Shown: one piece after another, positions 1 to 11,201 of the stretch
Numbering within the stretch: position 1 is the first letter of the stretch
Layout of the letters: each line of letters begins with the position of its first letter
Assembly (NCBI GenBank): GCA_964019425.1
Contig: OZ025787.1
Location: forward strand, 558,001 to 622,000
Length of the DNA: 64,000 nucleotides
Source: Flectonema sp. DT1601
Lineage: Eukaryota
Reading direction: 5' to 3'
Position numbers and translations under genes: made by a program
Notes under the pieces: generated by a model
The model's input: the letters and a program-made list of their open reading frames with translations, nothing else
What the model was told of the DNA's origin: nothing
Databases searched by the model: none

Positions 1-1
1 A

Positions 2-3000
2 CTAATTGCTGGTGAAGTTGCTTTTGCTGTTTGCGACTATCCTTTAACAAAAGAAGAAGAATCACTTTATGGAATAACAAGCTTACCACTGGTAGCAGTA
101 GAAGTTGTAGTGATATATAATACTGGTCGTAAAGGAAGACTGCTTCTAGATATCTCTACTGTGGGTAATATTTTTACAGGCGTGACTAATAGTTGGAACG
201 TCTCTGAGATTACAAGTCTCAACCCGGCTCTTTCCTTACCTCATGAAAAGATAAAAGTTGCTGTAAGAACAGGTCTTAGTGGCACGTCGTATATATTAAC
301 TGAAGCACTTAGGAAGTTCGGTTTCTTTTCTGAACCAAATGCGCAGTTTTGTGACGCACTTAGCAATGGAACGTGTGATGAAAATAACTTCTTCTTAGCA
401 AGTGGGACGAGTGATGTTCTAAAGTACGTTCATAACACTCCTCACAGTATAGGATATGTTGGGGTGAGGTCAGCTATGGAATATAATCTCCCATTTGCTG
501 GGATCACAGTAAACAAACAAGTATTGCTTCCGACTACTCGTAATGCACGTGATGCCATTGAAGGAACCTTTCCCGAATACTCAATACCTAATTACATTCC
601 TCTACGGGGATATCCTATTGAAGGATTGGCGTATTTTATTTTTAAGAACCCGACCTTACTAACAGACGCTTCAGATTGTGAAAAAGTAATCGCCTTAAAT
701 GATTTATTGTTACACATATACAGCAGTAAATCATCGGCAGATATTTTCGCGGCTCATTGGATGATACCGATGGCACCGACTACTGTAAATTTGATAAACG
801 ATTTATTTGATAATTCGAAGAAGACTTTTGGAAAAATATGTAAAAATGTAATCCGAGACAATACGATACCAATATTGGGTTCTCTGATCAAATCTTCTTA
901 TTATCAAAGTTTTATATTAGTATACAGTCGAGAATCACATCACAACCGTCCTCACATTGTCAACAACACCGAATCTGTCTCTGTAGGTATAAACGTTGGT
1001 ATCACAGCATTAAGTAACTTATTCAATTCTAACGATGGTGTTGTTCGAACTACTCCTCCACAGTCGGGGTCGCATGACATACTATTCGGAATGAGAGAAT
1101 TAATATTTTTAGTTAAAAGTAACAAAAGCAAGAACATCCCGGCTAGGCTTACCCAAGAAATTTTTAGAGGAATATTCAACGGTACGATCACAAACTGGAA
1201 TCACTCGCTTATTAGAACTCCGAAGAACGCATTCGCTGATCTGCCAAAGTCCGGACCCATAAGATTTGTCATTGCGGAGGAGTACGAAAGCGTTATTGAA
1301 ATAGTGTCTAACATCTTAAACATTTCAATGGAAAGGATACCACTTGAGATTGTTACTGCGAAGAAACTGAATGAATTATACTTAAAAATACCAATTTTAA
1401 CATGCAGAGATCTCGATTCCAGACCCTCATCATCCGGCGTCTTATATCCAATTGTTAGTGACAATGAGAACATTCCATTTCGATATAGAAAATCAGATTT
1501 TGAAGTTCATCAAAATGGTCTTGTTTCTCTCAACAGACCTGGGATTCCATATCCATTTACGTATGTAATGTATCACAGAATACCTAAACACATAATTATC
1601 GATCTTGCTGAGTATAGATCACACACTGATTCGGACCAAGACCCATGTCAAGAATACATTCTAGAAGAGGTGATTCCATACTTGAGGTTTTGTGCTGCTT
1701 TTGGTGGACTCTCTGGAAGTGTTGAAGTCGCTGATGAGATAATTAAATCGATTTATTGTAACGGACGTCCTTTATACCCACAACACTCTGAAAGTAGTAT
1801 CCTCATGGTATTGGTTTCTTTAGTGAGTGGTTTGTTAGCCGTAGTCGTAGTTGTTATTGCTGTTTATTTTAAATGGAAGTTGGGTACTTCGGAAGGTGAG
1901 CTTAAATCCTTAGTTGACAATAATAAATTAGCAGTTCAAATAGCTGAGGCTATTGCAGAGATGAGACTTGAGGATATCTTTTGGATAACTGAATTACAAC
2001 AACCTGATAAACTACAAGAATGTTTTGGAAAGATTATTTCCAACATCAGCGAGTATCGGAGATATTTACCAGATGCAATCCTCTACCATAGCAAGGACAA
2101 TATTTCTGAAAGTGGCCGTTTTATTCAACCACCAGAAAACGATTCCGACGTAACAATTGTATTCACAGATGTTCAAAGTAGTACAGCTCTTTGGGACGCA
2201 CTTGCTGATGGAATGGCAGCTGCTCTTCGTATTCATCACAAAGTCATTAGACGAGTTATAAAAGAATTAGATGGCTATGAAATTAAAACTATCGGTGATG
2301 CGTTTATGGTGGCATTCACACTTCCAGAAACAGCTGTCACATTTGGTTTGCTTGTTCAAGAAAGACTACTGCATGCAGAGTGGCCTTCTCAGCTACAATC
2401 AGTTGGGATGTGCGCAGATGAACATAACATGGGTTCTAAAGTTTGGGGTGGTCTACGTGTCAGAGTTGGTATCCATCGAGGTCCCGTCAACTCTGAACGC
2501 GATACCATAACTGGACGTAAGGATTACTCTGGTCAGACTGTTAATAAAGCAGCTCGTGTTGAAGCCAAATCAATCGGTGGATTGGTTACTATTAGTGAAG
2601 AAGTGTTTATTCCATATTCGAAAATAATGGATAAAACCAAAGTTAGCACCTCACCCTTAGGAAGCTTTGAACTAAAAGGGATAACAGGAACTCACGAACT
2701 CCACTGTATCGTACCAGCTCTGCTTGCTCAACGATTAACACTCTTAAACTCTAATCCTGATGCAGAAGAAGAAGAATTGTGTTCACCAAAAGGATCGCGA
2801 GATGAATGTGAGGAAGCAAACACTTATAAACAAGCAAGAGTTGGTTTGAATTCTAAATTAGAAGCGTTCTTTAAATCAGTTATTGGATGTGTAGCATTTA
2901 TTGATCTACGACACACCTGTCACACAATGACAACTGTTGAGTTAAATTCTTTATCAACTTCTTTCGTTGATTTCATAGACGTGTCGACTGACAGATACAA

Positions 3001-3649
3001 TGGAGCAATTCATTCTTTTTATGGAAATGGTCTTTTAGTTGGATGGAATACGGGAGGTAGAGTATGTCAAAACTTTCTTCAGTCAGCTTGCAGATGTTCT
3101 TCCCACGTGTTACGTCATAAAAAGTTTTCAAATGCAATCATATGCATGGGTATATCTGCTGGTGCATTCGCGACAGGAAATGCAGGTGTTCGAAAGAGAA
3201 CTGCGGCACTTTCATCACCGCACGTCGTCATATCTCAAATGCTGTCTCGATCAGCAGCAGAATTAGATGTTTCAGTTTTGTGTATTGAAATCCCAGGCTG
3301 TCCATCTTTTGAATCAACACTTGGAATCAAAGACACTCTCCGACCTGTTATGAAATGGAAACTTGATCATACCTCACTCTCTGTTATTTATGAAATAAAT
3401 ACATCGCTAATAGATGACTGGGGCTTTAGTAGTGATTCAGAATGGGGTACCTCTTCGATTATGAATTCTATTTTTAAAGAGATCTGGAATAGCAGAGATA
3501 TGTCAGGTCTCATTAAGTATGCGAATGACAATCCAAAAGATGCTGCACTCAGTCACATATCAAAACTCCAACCAATTGAATACTTCAATATCACAAAATT
3601 AGTTCAAGCAGCTACAACTACGGAAGTTTCTGATGTGATTCCTTTTTAA
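2..3649 (+). CDS. Receptor-type adenylate cyclase: two PstS/PBP-like extracellular domains, TM helix, class III cyclase domain, then a second degenerate cyclase-like domain; 5'-partial
   Basis: The frame is open from base 2 (LIAGEVAFAVCDYPLTKEE...). PstS-like motifs: VAVRTGLSGTSYILT, GTSDVLKYVHNTPHSIGYV, YPIEGLAY, and a second copy IFRGIFNGTITNWN. TM helix ILMVLVSLVSGLLAVVVVVIAVYF. Cyclase motifs VTIVFTDVQSST, YEIKTIGDAFMVAF, GLRVRVGIHRG, DYSGQTVNKAARVE. Confidence 0.9.
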   Translation, partial: LIAGEVAFAVCDYPLTKEEESLYGITSLPLVAVEVVVIYNTGRKGRLLLDISTVGNIFTGVTNSWNVSEITSLNPALSLPHEKIKVAVRTGLSGTSYILTEALRKFGFFSEPNAQFCDALSNGTCDENNFFLASGTSDVLKYVHNTPHSIGYVGVRSAMEYNLPFAGITVNKQVLLPTTRNARDAIEGTFPEYSIPNYIPLRGYPIEGLAYFIFKNPTLLTDASDCEKVIALNDLLLHIYSSKSSADIFAAHWMIPMAPTTVNLINDLFDNSKKTFGKICKNVIRDNTIPILGSLIKSSYYQSFILVYSRESHHNRPHIVNNTESVSVGINVGITALSNLFNSNDGVVRTTPPQSGSHDILFGMRELIFLVKSNKSKNIPARLTQEIFRGIFNGTITNWNHSLIRTPKNAFADLPKSGPIRFVIAEEYESVIEIVSNILNISMERIPLEIVTAKKLNELYLKIPILTCRDLDSRPSSSGVLYPIVSDNENIPFRYRKSDFEVHQNGLVSLNRPGIPYPFTYVMYHRIPKHIIIDLAEYRSHTDSDQDPCQEYILEEVIPYLRFCAAFGGLSGSVEVADEIIKSIYCNGRPLYPQHSESSILMVLVSLVSGLLAVVVVVIAVYFKWKLGTSEGELKSLVDNNKLAVQIAEAIAEMRLEDIFWITELQQPDKLQECFGKIISNISEYRRYLPDAILYHSKDNISESGRFIQPPENDSDVTIVFTDVQSSTALWDALADGMAAALRIHHKVIRRVIKELDGYEIKTIGDAFMVAFTLPETAVTFGLLVQERLLHAEWPSQLQSVGMCADEHNMGSKVWGGLRVRVGIHRGPVNSERDTITGRKDYSGQTVNKAARVEAKSIGGLVTISEEVFIPYSKIMDKTKVSTSPLGSFELKGITGTHELHCIVPALLAQRLTLLNSNPDAEEEELCSPKGSRDECEEANTYKQARVGLNSKLEAFFKSVIGCVAFIDLRHTCHTMTTVELNSLSTSFVDFIDVSTDRYNGAIHSFYGNGLLVGWNTGGRVCQNFLQSACRCSSHVLRHKKFSNAIICMGISAGAFATGNAGVRKRTAALSSPHVVISQMLSRSAAELDVSVLCIEIPGCPSFESTLGIKDTLRPVMKWKLDHTSLSVIYEINTSLIDDWGFSSDSEWGTSSIMNSIFKEIWNSRDMSGLIKYANDNPKDAALSHISKLQPIEYFNITKLVQAATTTEVSDVIPF

Positions 3650-4864
3650 ATTTTTTGTTTTGGTTCTGTTTTTACAAAATATTTTAATTCCTGTAATGTG
3701 CGGATGCCCTTGGGTTTATTTTTGTCCATTTACATTTACATTCACATTCACATTTCATTTTTTTTTTTTTTAAAATGAAAAAGTGGAAAAAAAGAAAAAC
3801 TAAAACGAAAAAAAACAACAACTCATGTTAGTTGTTTGAAAGAAGATTCTATTTCTCAGATTTCCCCCGTCCTCTCTTCTTTTTCAATTAAAAAATTGTT
3901 GTTATCTCGAAGATGCTTATCTTTGCGATTATTTATTTTTTGCCTCCGTTTTGTTGTGTGGTCTGCGGAATTATTCCCTTCAATATTACTATTTGGTAGA
4001 GTTACTGTTGTTACGTTTTGTGTTATCTTCAGTAGTCTTCTCAACAATGGTTACGCTCATTAGGTAGCGAAGTTATCATAATGTTATGTTCTTTTTAGTT
4101 ATGTGACCTCCTTCTTCTCAGTCACTGTTCTGAGATTATTAGCCTGCCTTCTTTAGTATACTTTTTGTTGTTTCCTCCTTCGCCTGTTTCTATTTTGACA
4201 AATTCAGAATTCAAACTAAAAAGAATCGATTTTGACTTTTGAACTATCCAGAAAATCGTAATATAACTGTTGCTGTTTTGTTCGCACTGAGAAAGCTATA
4301 GGAGCTGCTGCTTTCTAGCTCTCTTATTGAAAATATCGATTGCCAGCTTTTTTTCGTAAAGAGCGGCTCGACGTCTTGGGTATTGTGAAAGTGATCGGAT
4401 CACAATTATTCTCTTGCCCGTAGAACTTGTCTTCGATATTGAAGTAAGTACCATTTACACTTTTTTATTATCAAGGTAAGCATGCTCTTCAATGGCAATC
4501 CACGTGTTCTATTTTCGCATCATTTGCTGAGGTCTGTTTCGCCTTCTTTTTAAAATTCTCAATTGATAATTCAATGGTAATAGAGAAAGAAAAGGCGCAA
4601 CGTCTTCAAATGGCAATGTATCTAGCTATTTATAATGAACCTATACCTGTTTAGGTATGAAGTACACTGTTACTTTCCTTTGGTTTTCACCATTAGGTAA
4701 CCTGTTAATTATTTCCTGTAAACTGTTGTTAGTAAAAGAAAAAAAACCTTGATACCGACCAGTACCGCAAACAGAATTATGTATTATTATTTTACAGTAA
4801 ATCACATGAGTTCGATGAGGTGATCCTCAAGACTGACTTTTATTCAACAAAACTATTTTTAAGT

Positions 4865-7228
4865 ATGGATTCTGACACTCCTCCGAAAGTAGTTGTTGTT
4901 GGTAGCGGAGTAGTTCCAGCAGTTGTATGTTTGTTACTCGAAGATCAAGCGAAAGTCATTCATATTTCAGAACAATCAACTTCAGTTATTGAAACTAGCA
5001 AAGATGTTATTAATTATAATTGTTGTTCGTATGGTGTACATGAGTTTGAAATAAGCGACATCGACCACATTGACGTCGACAATAAGAAAGTATACACCGA
5101 AAAACTTGGTGTTATTGGATGTGATAAAATAGTTCTCTGTCCTTCTTATTCAGAACTGTGTACTCAAAGAAGTTGGAATCCGATATTGTTGGAGGCATAT
5201 CCAGAAATAGTAAACCAAAATCAATTCTTTTCAGACTTAAATTATTTAATAAAGGTTGCGAATTCTCGCTTAGTCTCAATGAAACATACTGTGGCTAAGG
5301 AAAATAGTCTTAAGGAAGCCCAGCATCGAATACAATTAGAAAGCAAGCGAATAAAAGATGAAGAAAACAGCGAAGAAACAGATTCAAACGCATCCCTACC
5401 AACACCAGAAGATGTGACGGAAGATATTCAAAGTAATGTTGTTGAGAAATTGGAATCGAACAAAGACGAGTTGCCACACATCGTTTGTTATATTCCACAA
5501 ACTAAAAGTAAAGCGTCACTAATGAGATACATGAATGAATCAGCTACTAGATTTAAAGGGGTAGTGCTTGCTGCAATGTTTCATTCCATCACCACACTTG
5601 ACTTGTCTGGAAATGTGTTAGAAAGTTCAGAATTTCATGCAGTCTCAGAAGTAATAGAGGCTTCATTAACACTGACTTCTGTTGACTTATCACGTTGTGG
5701 GATTGAAGCTGCTTGGGCATCAGATGGATTCAATAGAATAGTATCTGGTTCAGCACCTCTGCAGACATTAGCTTTAAACGAGAATCCAATTGGAGTCGTC
5801 ACTGGAAGTAAACATTCGATAACAACACTATTGTTGAGAGATATCAAGTTAAGTGATACTTTTCCTGTTGAGTTATCAAAGAATTTGGTAGTACTTGACG
5901 TCTCTAATAACAGGTTGGGTGATATATTCGGATCAGAGCTCCTGTCGGCACTTCTAACTTTGGAAACACTTCGGGAAGTTGATATTAGTGGCAATAGGCT
6001 GGTCTTGGAAATTTCAAACCTCGCATATTCTTTTATTACTTTGCTTTTTAAAGTAGAGTCATTCAACTCCAGTAACAATCCCTTATCTGATGCAGTTGCG
6101 AAGTCGTTTTCAACATACCTAAGCTCTGATGATCAATTAGTGTGTAATACAAAAAGCCTTAATTTATCATCCTGCGACCTGTCGTCAAACGCTATCCAAT
6201 TCTTACTGGATATGTTATTGTTGTATTCAGATAAAGTGACAAGCCTCATTGATGTTAATTTGAATGTTAATTTTTCATTAAAGGCTCCTGCGGTTCTTCG
6301 GTTGGCTGTTTTTTTACAAAACAATAAAACGGTGAAATCGTTGCAGGTCAACATTGATTCTGAAAAAATATCTGAAAATATACCTTTAATAGTCAGATCA
6401 CTAATGAAAAATCGAGTGTTGGAGAACCTTGTCATGGACAAATCGAATGTGGTGTTATCAGATTTTAAAAAATTTCTTATGAAAGGTGAAGAGATTAAAC
6501 AAGAATCTCTATGTGATCCTTTGAGAACTCCTTTTGAGTTTATTATTCAGCTACTGAGTAAATACAAGAAGATTAAATGGACAATCTTAACTCACTCACC
6601 ATCACTTCTTGATATCGAACAACTAGATGACAATACCGAGACGAGAGTTTCTGTAGTAAAAGTGAAATCAGTTCCAATAATATCCCGAGGATCAGTCATC
6701 GTGGGGGAGCATGAGTATGCTTGTGATGGCGTTGTTATTTTCCCTCAAAAAACTTATTTCAAACCTGGAACAACCATAACATTCAACAATGAAGTATACG
6801 ACGGAAATAGCAGTGATATTTCCAGTAGCTGTCAACAAAATCTACTCATTGGTGATGCTGTTGTGAGAGACGTCTTTTTTGGAGGACCAGCCTCGTGTGA
6901 AAGCGACGGCTTATCGATACTGCCTCTGTCACCATCTTCACTGAGTCACACTCTATTTCAAAGTGTGCTGATAGCGTATGGGATTCTCCATCCATCAGCT
7001 CAAGTGTCGCATACCTCTCCTGTGATTATTTCATTATTTCAAAAATTAACAAAAGGAGTCCCTCCAACAACAGACTCTGTCCTGTCGTTATTGAATTCTA
7101 CTGTAAGAGATAAACAGGAATATCTAATCAAGAGTCGAGTTCCTCAAATAGTCGAGGAATTGTTATCAGGATGTGGAGGTCAGTTGAAGATAAAGACGGC
7201 AATACTAAACCAGCTGGAGAAGATGTGA
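4865..7228 (+). CDS. Protein with a degenerate FAD/NAD oxidoreductase-like fold interrupted by RI-type leucine-rich repeats
   Basis: Long ORF with first ATG at 4865. Rossmann-like start KVVVVGSGVVPA; LRRs ITTLDLSGN, LTSVDLSRC, LQTLALNEN, LVVLDVSNN, LREVDISGN, TKSLNLSSC; late LLIGDAV motif. Confidence 0.7.
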   Translation: MDSDTPPKVVVVGSGVVPAVVCLLLEDQAKVIHISEQSTSVIETSKDVINYNCCSYGVHEFEISDIDHIDVDNKKVYTEKLGVIGCDKIVLCPSYSELCTQRSWNPILLEAYPEIVNQNQFFSDLNYLIKVANSRLVSMKHTVAKENSLKEAQHRIQLESKRIKDEENSEETDSNASLPTPEDVTEDIQSNVVEKLESNKDELPHIVCYIPQTKSKASLMRYMNESATRFKGVVLAAMFHSITTLDLSGNVLESSEFHAVSEVIEASLTLTSVDLSRCGIEAAWASDGFNRIVSGSAPLQTLALNENPIGVVTGSKHSITTLLLRDIKLSDTFPVELSKNLVVLDVSNNRLGDIFGSELLSALLTLETLREVDISGNRLVLEISNLAYSFITLLFKVESFNSSNNPLSDAVAKSFSTYLSSDDQLVCNTKSLNLSSCDLSSNAIQFLLDMLLLYSDKVTSLIDVNLNVNFSLKAPAVLRLAVFLQNNKTVKSLQVNIDSEKISENIPLIVRSLMKNRVLENLVMDKSNVVLSDFKKFLMKGEEIKQESLCDPLRTPFEFIIQLLSKYKKIKWTILTHSPSLLDIEQLDDNTETRVSVVKVKSVPIISRGSVIVGEHEYACDGVVIFPQKTYFKPGTTITFNNEVYDGNSSDISSSCQQNLLIGDAVVRDVFFGGPASCESDGLSILPLSPSSLSHTLFQSVLIAYGILHPSAQVSHTSPVIISLFQKLTKGVPPTTDSVLSLLNSTVRDKQEYLIKSRVPQIVEELLSGCGGQLKIKTAILNQLEKM

Positions 7229-7525
7229 ATATGTATAAACTTTCTTATGATCGTTACAGTCAACGGACATCACATTTACACTAGTCGAGGTCCTTTTATA
7301 ATTTATTAATGTAATCTATAACTGTGGTGGTGTTGTCGTGATTATTAATTCTTCCACCCCCTCGCTCTGCAGTATTACAAAACATCTTGTCTTGAGGAGA
7401 TAATAATTTCTTAAAAAAAAAGATTTCTATTCCCCACCCATCAGTGCCATATAATTATAATATTTTATAGAGTTAAAGTACAGAGTTACGTAGATTGTAT
7501 TAAATAACCAACACCACCATCCAAC

Positions 7526-9847
7526 ATGATACCGTCACTTGACCTGAGTGGCCTATCATCAGCAAAGCGTCCTGTTATGAGCTACGGATCACCAAGACCT
7601 GGTACGGCCCCGACGTCATCAGCTGCAAGGTATTCAGTAACTCCAAGGAAGGAGACAGGATTAGTTAATAAGCCCGGTGATAATAATTGTTTCTTAAATG
7701 TGATATTACAAGCATTGTTTCATATTGATAGCTTTGGTGATGGTCTTCTTGAACATGCAGACAAAGATCATGACTGTGTCTCTGGATGTATGTTGTGTGG
7801 GATTGCGAGCCTGTTCGAAGCACAGCAACAAACAGAAGGCGATTCTATTGAAGTTTGGACTCTGCGACAGACTCTGGCAGACACTTCAAAAAATGGAATT
7901 AATTTCGATGTTGGAGGCATGAGTGACGCAGCTGAAGCTCTTGAGGCACTACTTGAAAAACTTCACTCTATTTCTTACCCAAATAGATCTGAGACTTGTG
8001 AACCAGATGACTGCTGGCTTCACCGAACCTTAGGCACTCTACTAACGAGTTCTCGCACATGTGATACGTGTGACTTTGTTCCAAAAGAGTTATCCTACTG
8101 GAGTCATATTACGTACCTACCTGCTTCAGCTATTTATAGAGAAGGTTATTCAATTAAGAGGAATCATTTATTTAAAGCTTTCTTAAATTGTGGAGCGGAC
8201 AATGTTACCTATGGAACTTGTGACGCTCCAGACTGTAAAGGCAAAGTAACAATAACAGAAACAGCGAGTCACTTACCTGATGTTTTAGTTGTTAATTTGA
8301 TGTGGAAGACGAGATATGCTGAGACACGTGAGATTGAAGGTACCGCATATCAACTACAAGAGAAAGTCGCGGTCAGTGATTTACCAATATTCTCTAATGT
8401 TCCTGTTGAATATAAATGGGTGGAGCTACTCGGTTTTATTTGTTACTATAAGGGAAGTCATTATGTTGCTTATTTTAAAGACCAAAAGGGTGTCTGGATA
8501 TATCTTGATGACTCTACTGTCAGACCATTAGATAGTGATTTACTGAGTGCTCAAATGCATATGGTAAGATCACAATACCAACCTTGCTTGCTTTTCTATA
8601 AGACTGCCGCGTTTCCACCGGCTGTTGTGACCTCGCCCAGGGTAGCAGTAAGTAGCACACGTACAAATCCGAATCACGGGGAAGAATCGGTTACAGGATA
8701 TTTGCGTGAAACAGAAATTGAAAAAAAAAGTAAAAAAAGTGCCCCGATATCCACTCCTGTTTCTCCTGTGATGGCCGAATACCAAAAGAACGATTTCCAG
8801 TCTGTTTATAATAACAATACAAACATAGCGACAGCTGGGAATTCAACAATTGCACCAACGTCGGTTCTTTCAACGGATTATCTAGCAAGTCGCACAGCGG
8901 TGAAGACTAAAGTGAGAGATGAGCAACCTTCGGTTAGAATCAGAGAAACTGGAGCAACATCTCAGTCAAGCTATAGTTCTCTGTTGTCAGATAGTTCGAA
9001 GTTTAATGTGTCTGGTAAACATCGAGAACCTGTCAAATCAGCCACCTCGTCTTCATCAGCAAGAGAACCACTCAAGGACAATACTCAGTTCAGGAGTTCA
9101 GCAAAACCACTCTCCAGTTTTGATAAATACTCTACTGTGGATAAGTTCACTCCTACGGATAAATACTCTACTGTGGATAAGTTCACTCCTACGGATAAAT
9201 ACTCCATTGGCAATAAATACCCCACAGATACCAGTAATAAGTATGCATCTGGTTTATACAGCACAGCACGTGAGGTTACCAGCCCGAGAGAGTATCAACA
9301 AACACCTCTCTCATCATCATCAACACGTGTCGATAGACATTCTGAAATAGCAGACATCGAATGGCAAATGATTCAGGCTGCTGTAAGAAGAGAAGAGGCG
9401 AAAAGCAGAAAAGAAAAACAACAACAAGAACAACAAGAGCAGCAACGACGGCAACGACAACAAGAGCAGCAACGACAGCAGCAACAAGAACAACGGCAAC
9501 GAGAGTTTAGAAGTGAACAGTTAAGAAATGAAGACTTGAGAAGATACGATGAAAAAAGTCGAGATGATGCTCGCGCAAGGGAGCGATTACAAAGAAGCCC
9601 TTTTTCGAATGATCCCTACTTGTCGTCACTAAGGCATTCAACAACACCTGTTCAACGACAACGGGCATCAAGTTCGGGTGTCTCTTCTGGTAGATCAGCG
9701 TACAACCCATCAACTTACACTGCTGCAAGCTACGGTGCGCCATTAAGAGCAGATTACCGATATCCTGCATATACATCGAGTGGTTCGTTTGGTTCAACAA
9801 GCTATCCACTTTCACGTACTAATATTCAAACTCCTCGCTATAGCTAA
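7526..9847 (+). CDS. Ubiquitin-specific protease (USP53/USP54-like) with low-complexity C-terminal tail
   Basis: Cys box GLVNKPGDNNCFLNVILQAL, DAAEALE, His box FICYYKGSHYVAYF and WIYLDDSTV; Ser- and Gln-rich tail. Confidence 0.88.
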   Translation: MIPSLDLSGLSSAKRPVMSYGSPRPGTAPTSSAARYSVTPRKETGLVNKPGDNNCFLNVILQALFHIDSFGDGLLEHADKDHDCVSGCMLCGIASLFEAQQQTEGDSIEVWTLRQTLADTSKNGINFDVGGMSDAAEALEALLEKLHSISYPNRSETCEPDDCWLHRTLGTLLTSSRTCDTCDFVPKELSYWSHITYLPASAIYREGYSIKRNHLFKAFLNCGADNVTYGTCDAPDCKGKVTITETASHLPDVLVVNLMWKTRYAETREIEGTAYQLQEKVAVSDLPIFSNVPVEYKWVELLGFICYYKGSHYVAYFKDQKGVWIYLDDSTVRPLDSDLLSAQMHMVRSQYQPCLLFYKTAAFPPAVVTSPRVAVSSTRTNPNHGEESVTGYLRETEIEKKSKKSAPISTPVSPVMAEYQKNDFQSVYNNNTNIATAGNSTIAPTSVLSTDYLASRTAVKTKVRDEQPSVRIRETGATSQSSYSSLLSDSSKFNVSGKHREPVKSATSSSSAREPLKDNTQFRSSAKPLSSFDKYSTVDKFTPTDKYSTVDKFTPTDKYSIGNKYPTDTSNKYASGLYSTAREVTSPREYQQTPLSSSSTRVDRHSEIADIEWQMIQAAVRREEAKSRKEKQQQEQQEQQRRQRQQEQQRQQQQEQRQREFRSEQLRNEDLRRYDEKSRDDARARERLQRSPFSNDPYLSSLRHSTTPVQRQRASSSGVSSGRSAYNPSTYTAASYGAPLRADYRYPAYTSSGSFGSTSYPLSRTNIQTPRYS
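9122..9204 (+). repeat. 36-bp coding tandem repeat, about 2.3 copies (DKYSTVDKFTPT)
   Basis: gataaatactctactgtggataagttcactcctacg occurs twice exactly, plus a partial third copy, inside the USP ORF. Confidence 0.9.
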
Positions 9848-10170
9848 CAAGACTTTCTTATCTCCTCTTAGAGTTGTCGGCATGTTCTGTTTTGTGTTTA
9901 TTTGTAATTTTATACTTTAGAGAAAAAAAAACAAGGCAAGAGAGGGTCCGTGTGATCTCCTTGCTCTCCTCCCCCTACAAGTAGGTTTAGTCAGTAACGT
10001 TATACATTAACTTTGATACAATACATTTATTTATATCACTATAAATATGCTCAAATTGTTATCCTCCTACACGTAGATTAGTTATGTTTCGTTTTCTTAT
10101 TTGCAATTGTCAGTACATATATTTTCTTTTTTATATTCACATTAGTTTTTCTTCAAACCACTTTAAAAAA

Positions 10171-10179
<9 letters not shown>

Positions 10180-10208
<29 letters not shown>
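10180..10208. repeat. (GA)n microsatellite between poly-A tracts
   Basis: Directly visible gagaga run. Confidence 0.9.
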
Positions 10209-10210
<2 letters not shown>

Positions 10211-11201
10211 AAAAAAAAAAAAAAAAAAAAGATAAAACATAAAAAATGAAAATAAAAAACTAATAGCCATGTGATTGTGATTTAAACATGTTTGGTTACA
10301 CTCAGGGTTGATTATTCAGCCCAAAGTGTTTGTGAATAAGCAGCAAAAAACTCTCTTTGAAAGAGATCAGCCAGGCAAAATAGGGCGTGTAAGGCGCTTT
10401 TTTGTTTTATTAGTTCTCTTTTTCCTCCCCTCCAATTTCTGTTTTGTTGTTCTCACATACTTCGTTATGGCATTGCGTGTGTGGCAATTCGTTAGGTAGC
10501 CTTGCCACTGCTTTATCGGTTGGTCGTACGTTGGGGTTTCCCCCTCCTCAAATTAAATCTTCTGTCTCGTGATTTCATGTCATTCGTTTTTTTTTTATTA
10601 TTCTCTAGTACCATATTTCTTTTCGCTTTGTTTTATCTTTTTTTTTTAAATATTTTTTCTTGCTTCGCTTTTTTTTTTTCTTCTATTATTTTTTTATTCA
10701 TTATGAAAAAAAATAGGTTACGTGACGTAAGTCAAAAAAAAAATTCAAAATTTTTTACTTCTTCTTTGTGTTTGGAAGAGAAGAAGGAAAAACAAACAAA
10801 AAAAACAAAAAAAAACAAACAAACATTTTTATTCTCACCCTTCAGTGATGAAGGCACTTAATTAGAATGTGATTCATCGCAAGAAAAGGGAATCCCTGAA
10901 TAGCTGATTCTCTAGGAGCTCTACTAAACTGAAACTCGATGGAGCTAACTAGCTAATTCATATCCCAGTCAGAGAGGAAAAAAGAAAACGGGGCATCCTA
11001 ATTCCAAACCTTACGAACCACAGTGGTCTACTAGAACAAAGGAAGACGTGCTTTTTTTTTTTACACCGATATAGTTCTTATAGTTGTTTTGATCATCGTT
11101 ATCATCATCATCATCATTTTTTTTTTTTTTTTTTTTAAATTTATAAAACAGCGCATCAAGTATTGGTATCTATTTAAAAACAATACAAAAAAAAAAAAAA
11201 A

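Noticed and set aside
3836..4653. Short ORFs on both strands between the cyclase and LRR genes
   Set aside because: Frequent stops in all frames and no recognisable motif; at most an unidentifiable relic.
10308..10861. Phe/Lys-rich ORFs here and in similar regions (15667-16087, 32993-33268, 40673-41032, 46024-46782)
   Set aside because: Artefacts of poly-T/poly-A tracts in intergenic DNA.
10845..10907. Possible box C/D snoRNA (GTGATGA...CTGA); similar case at ~32253-32310
   Set aside because: Box motifs are short and expected by chance; no rRNA-complementary guide could be identified by eye.
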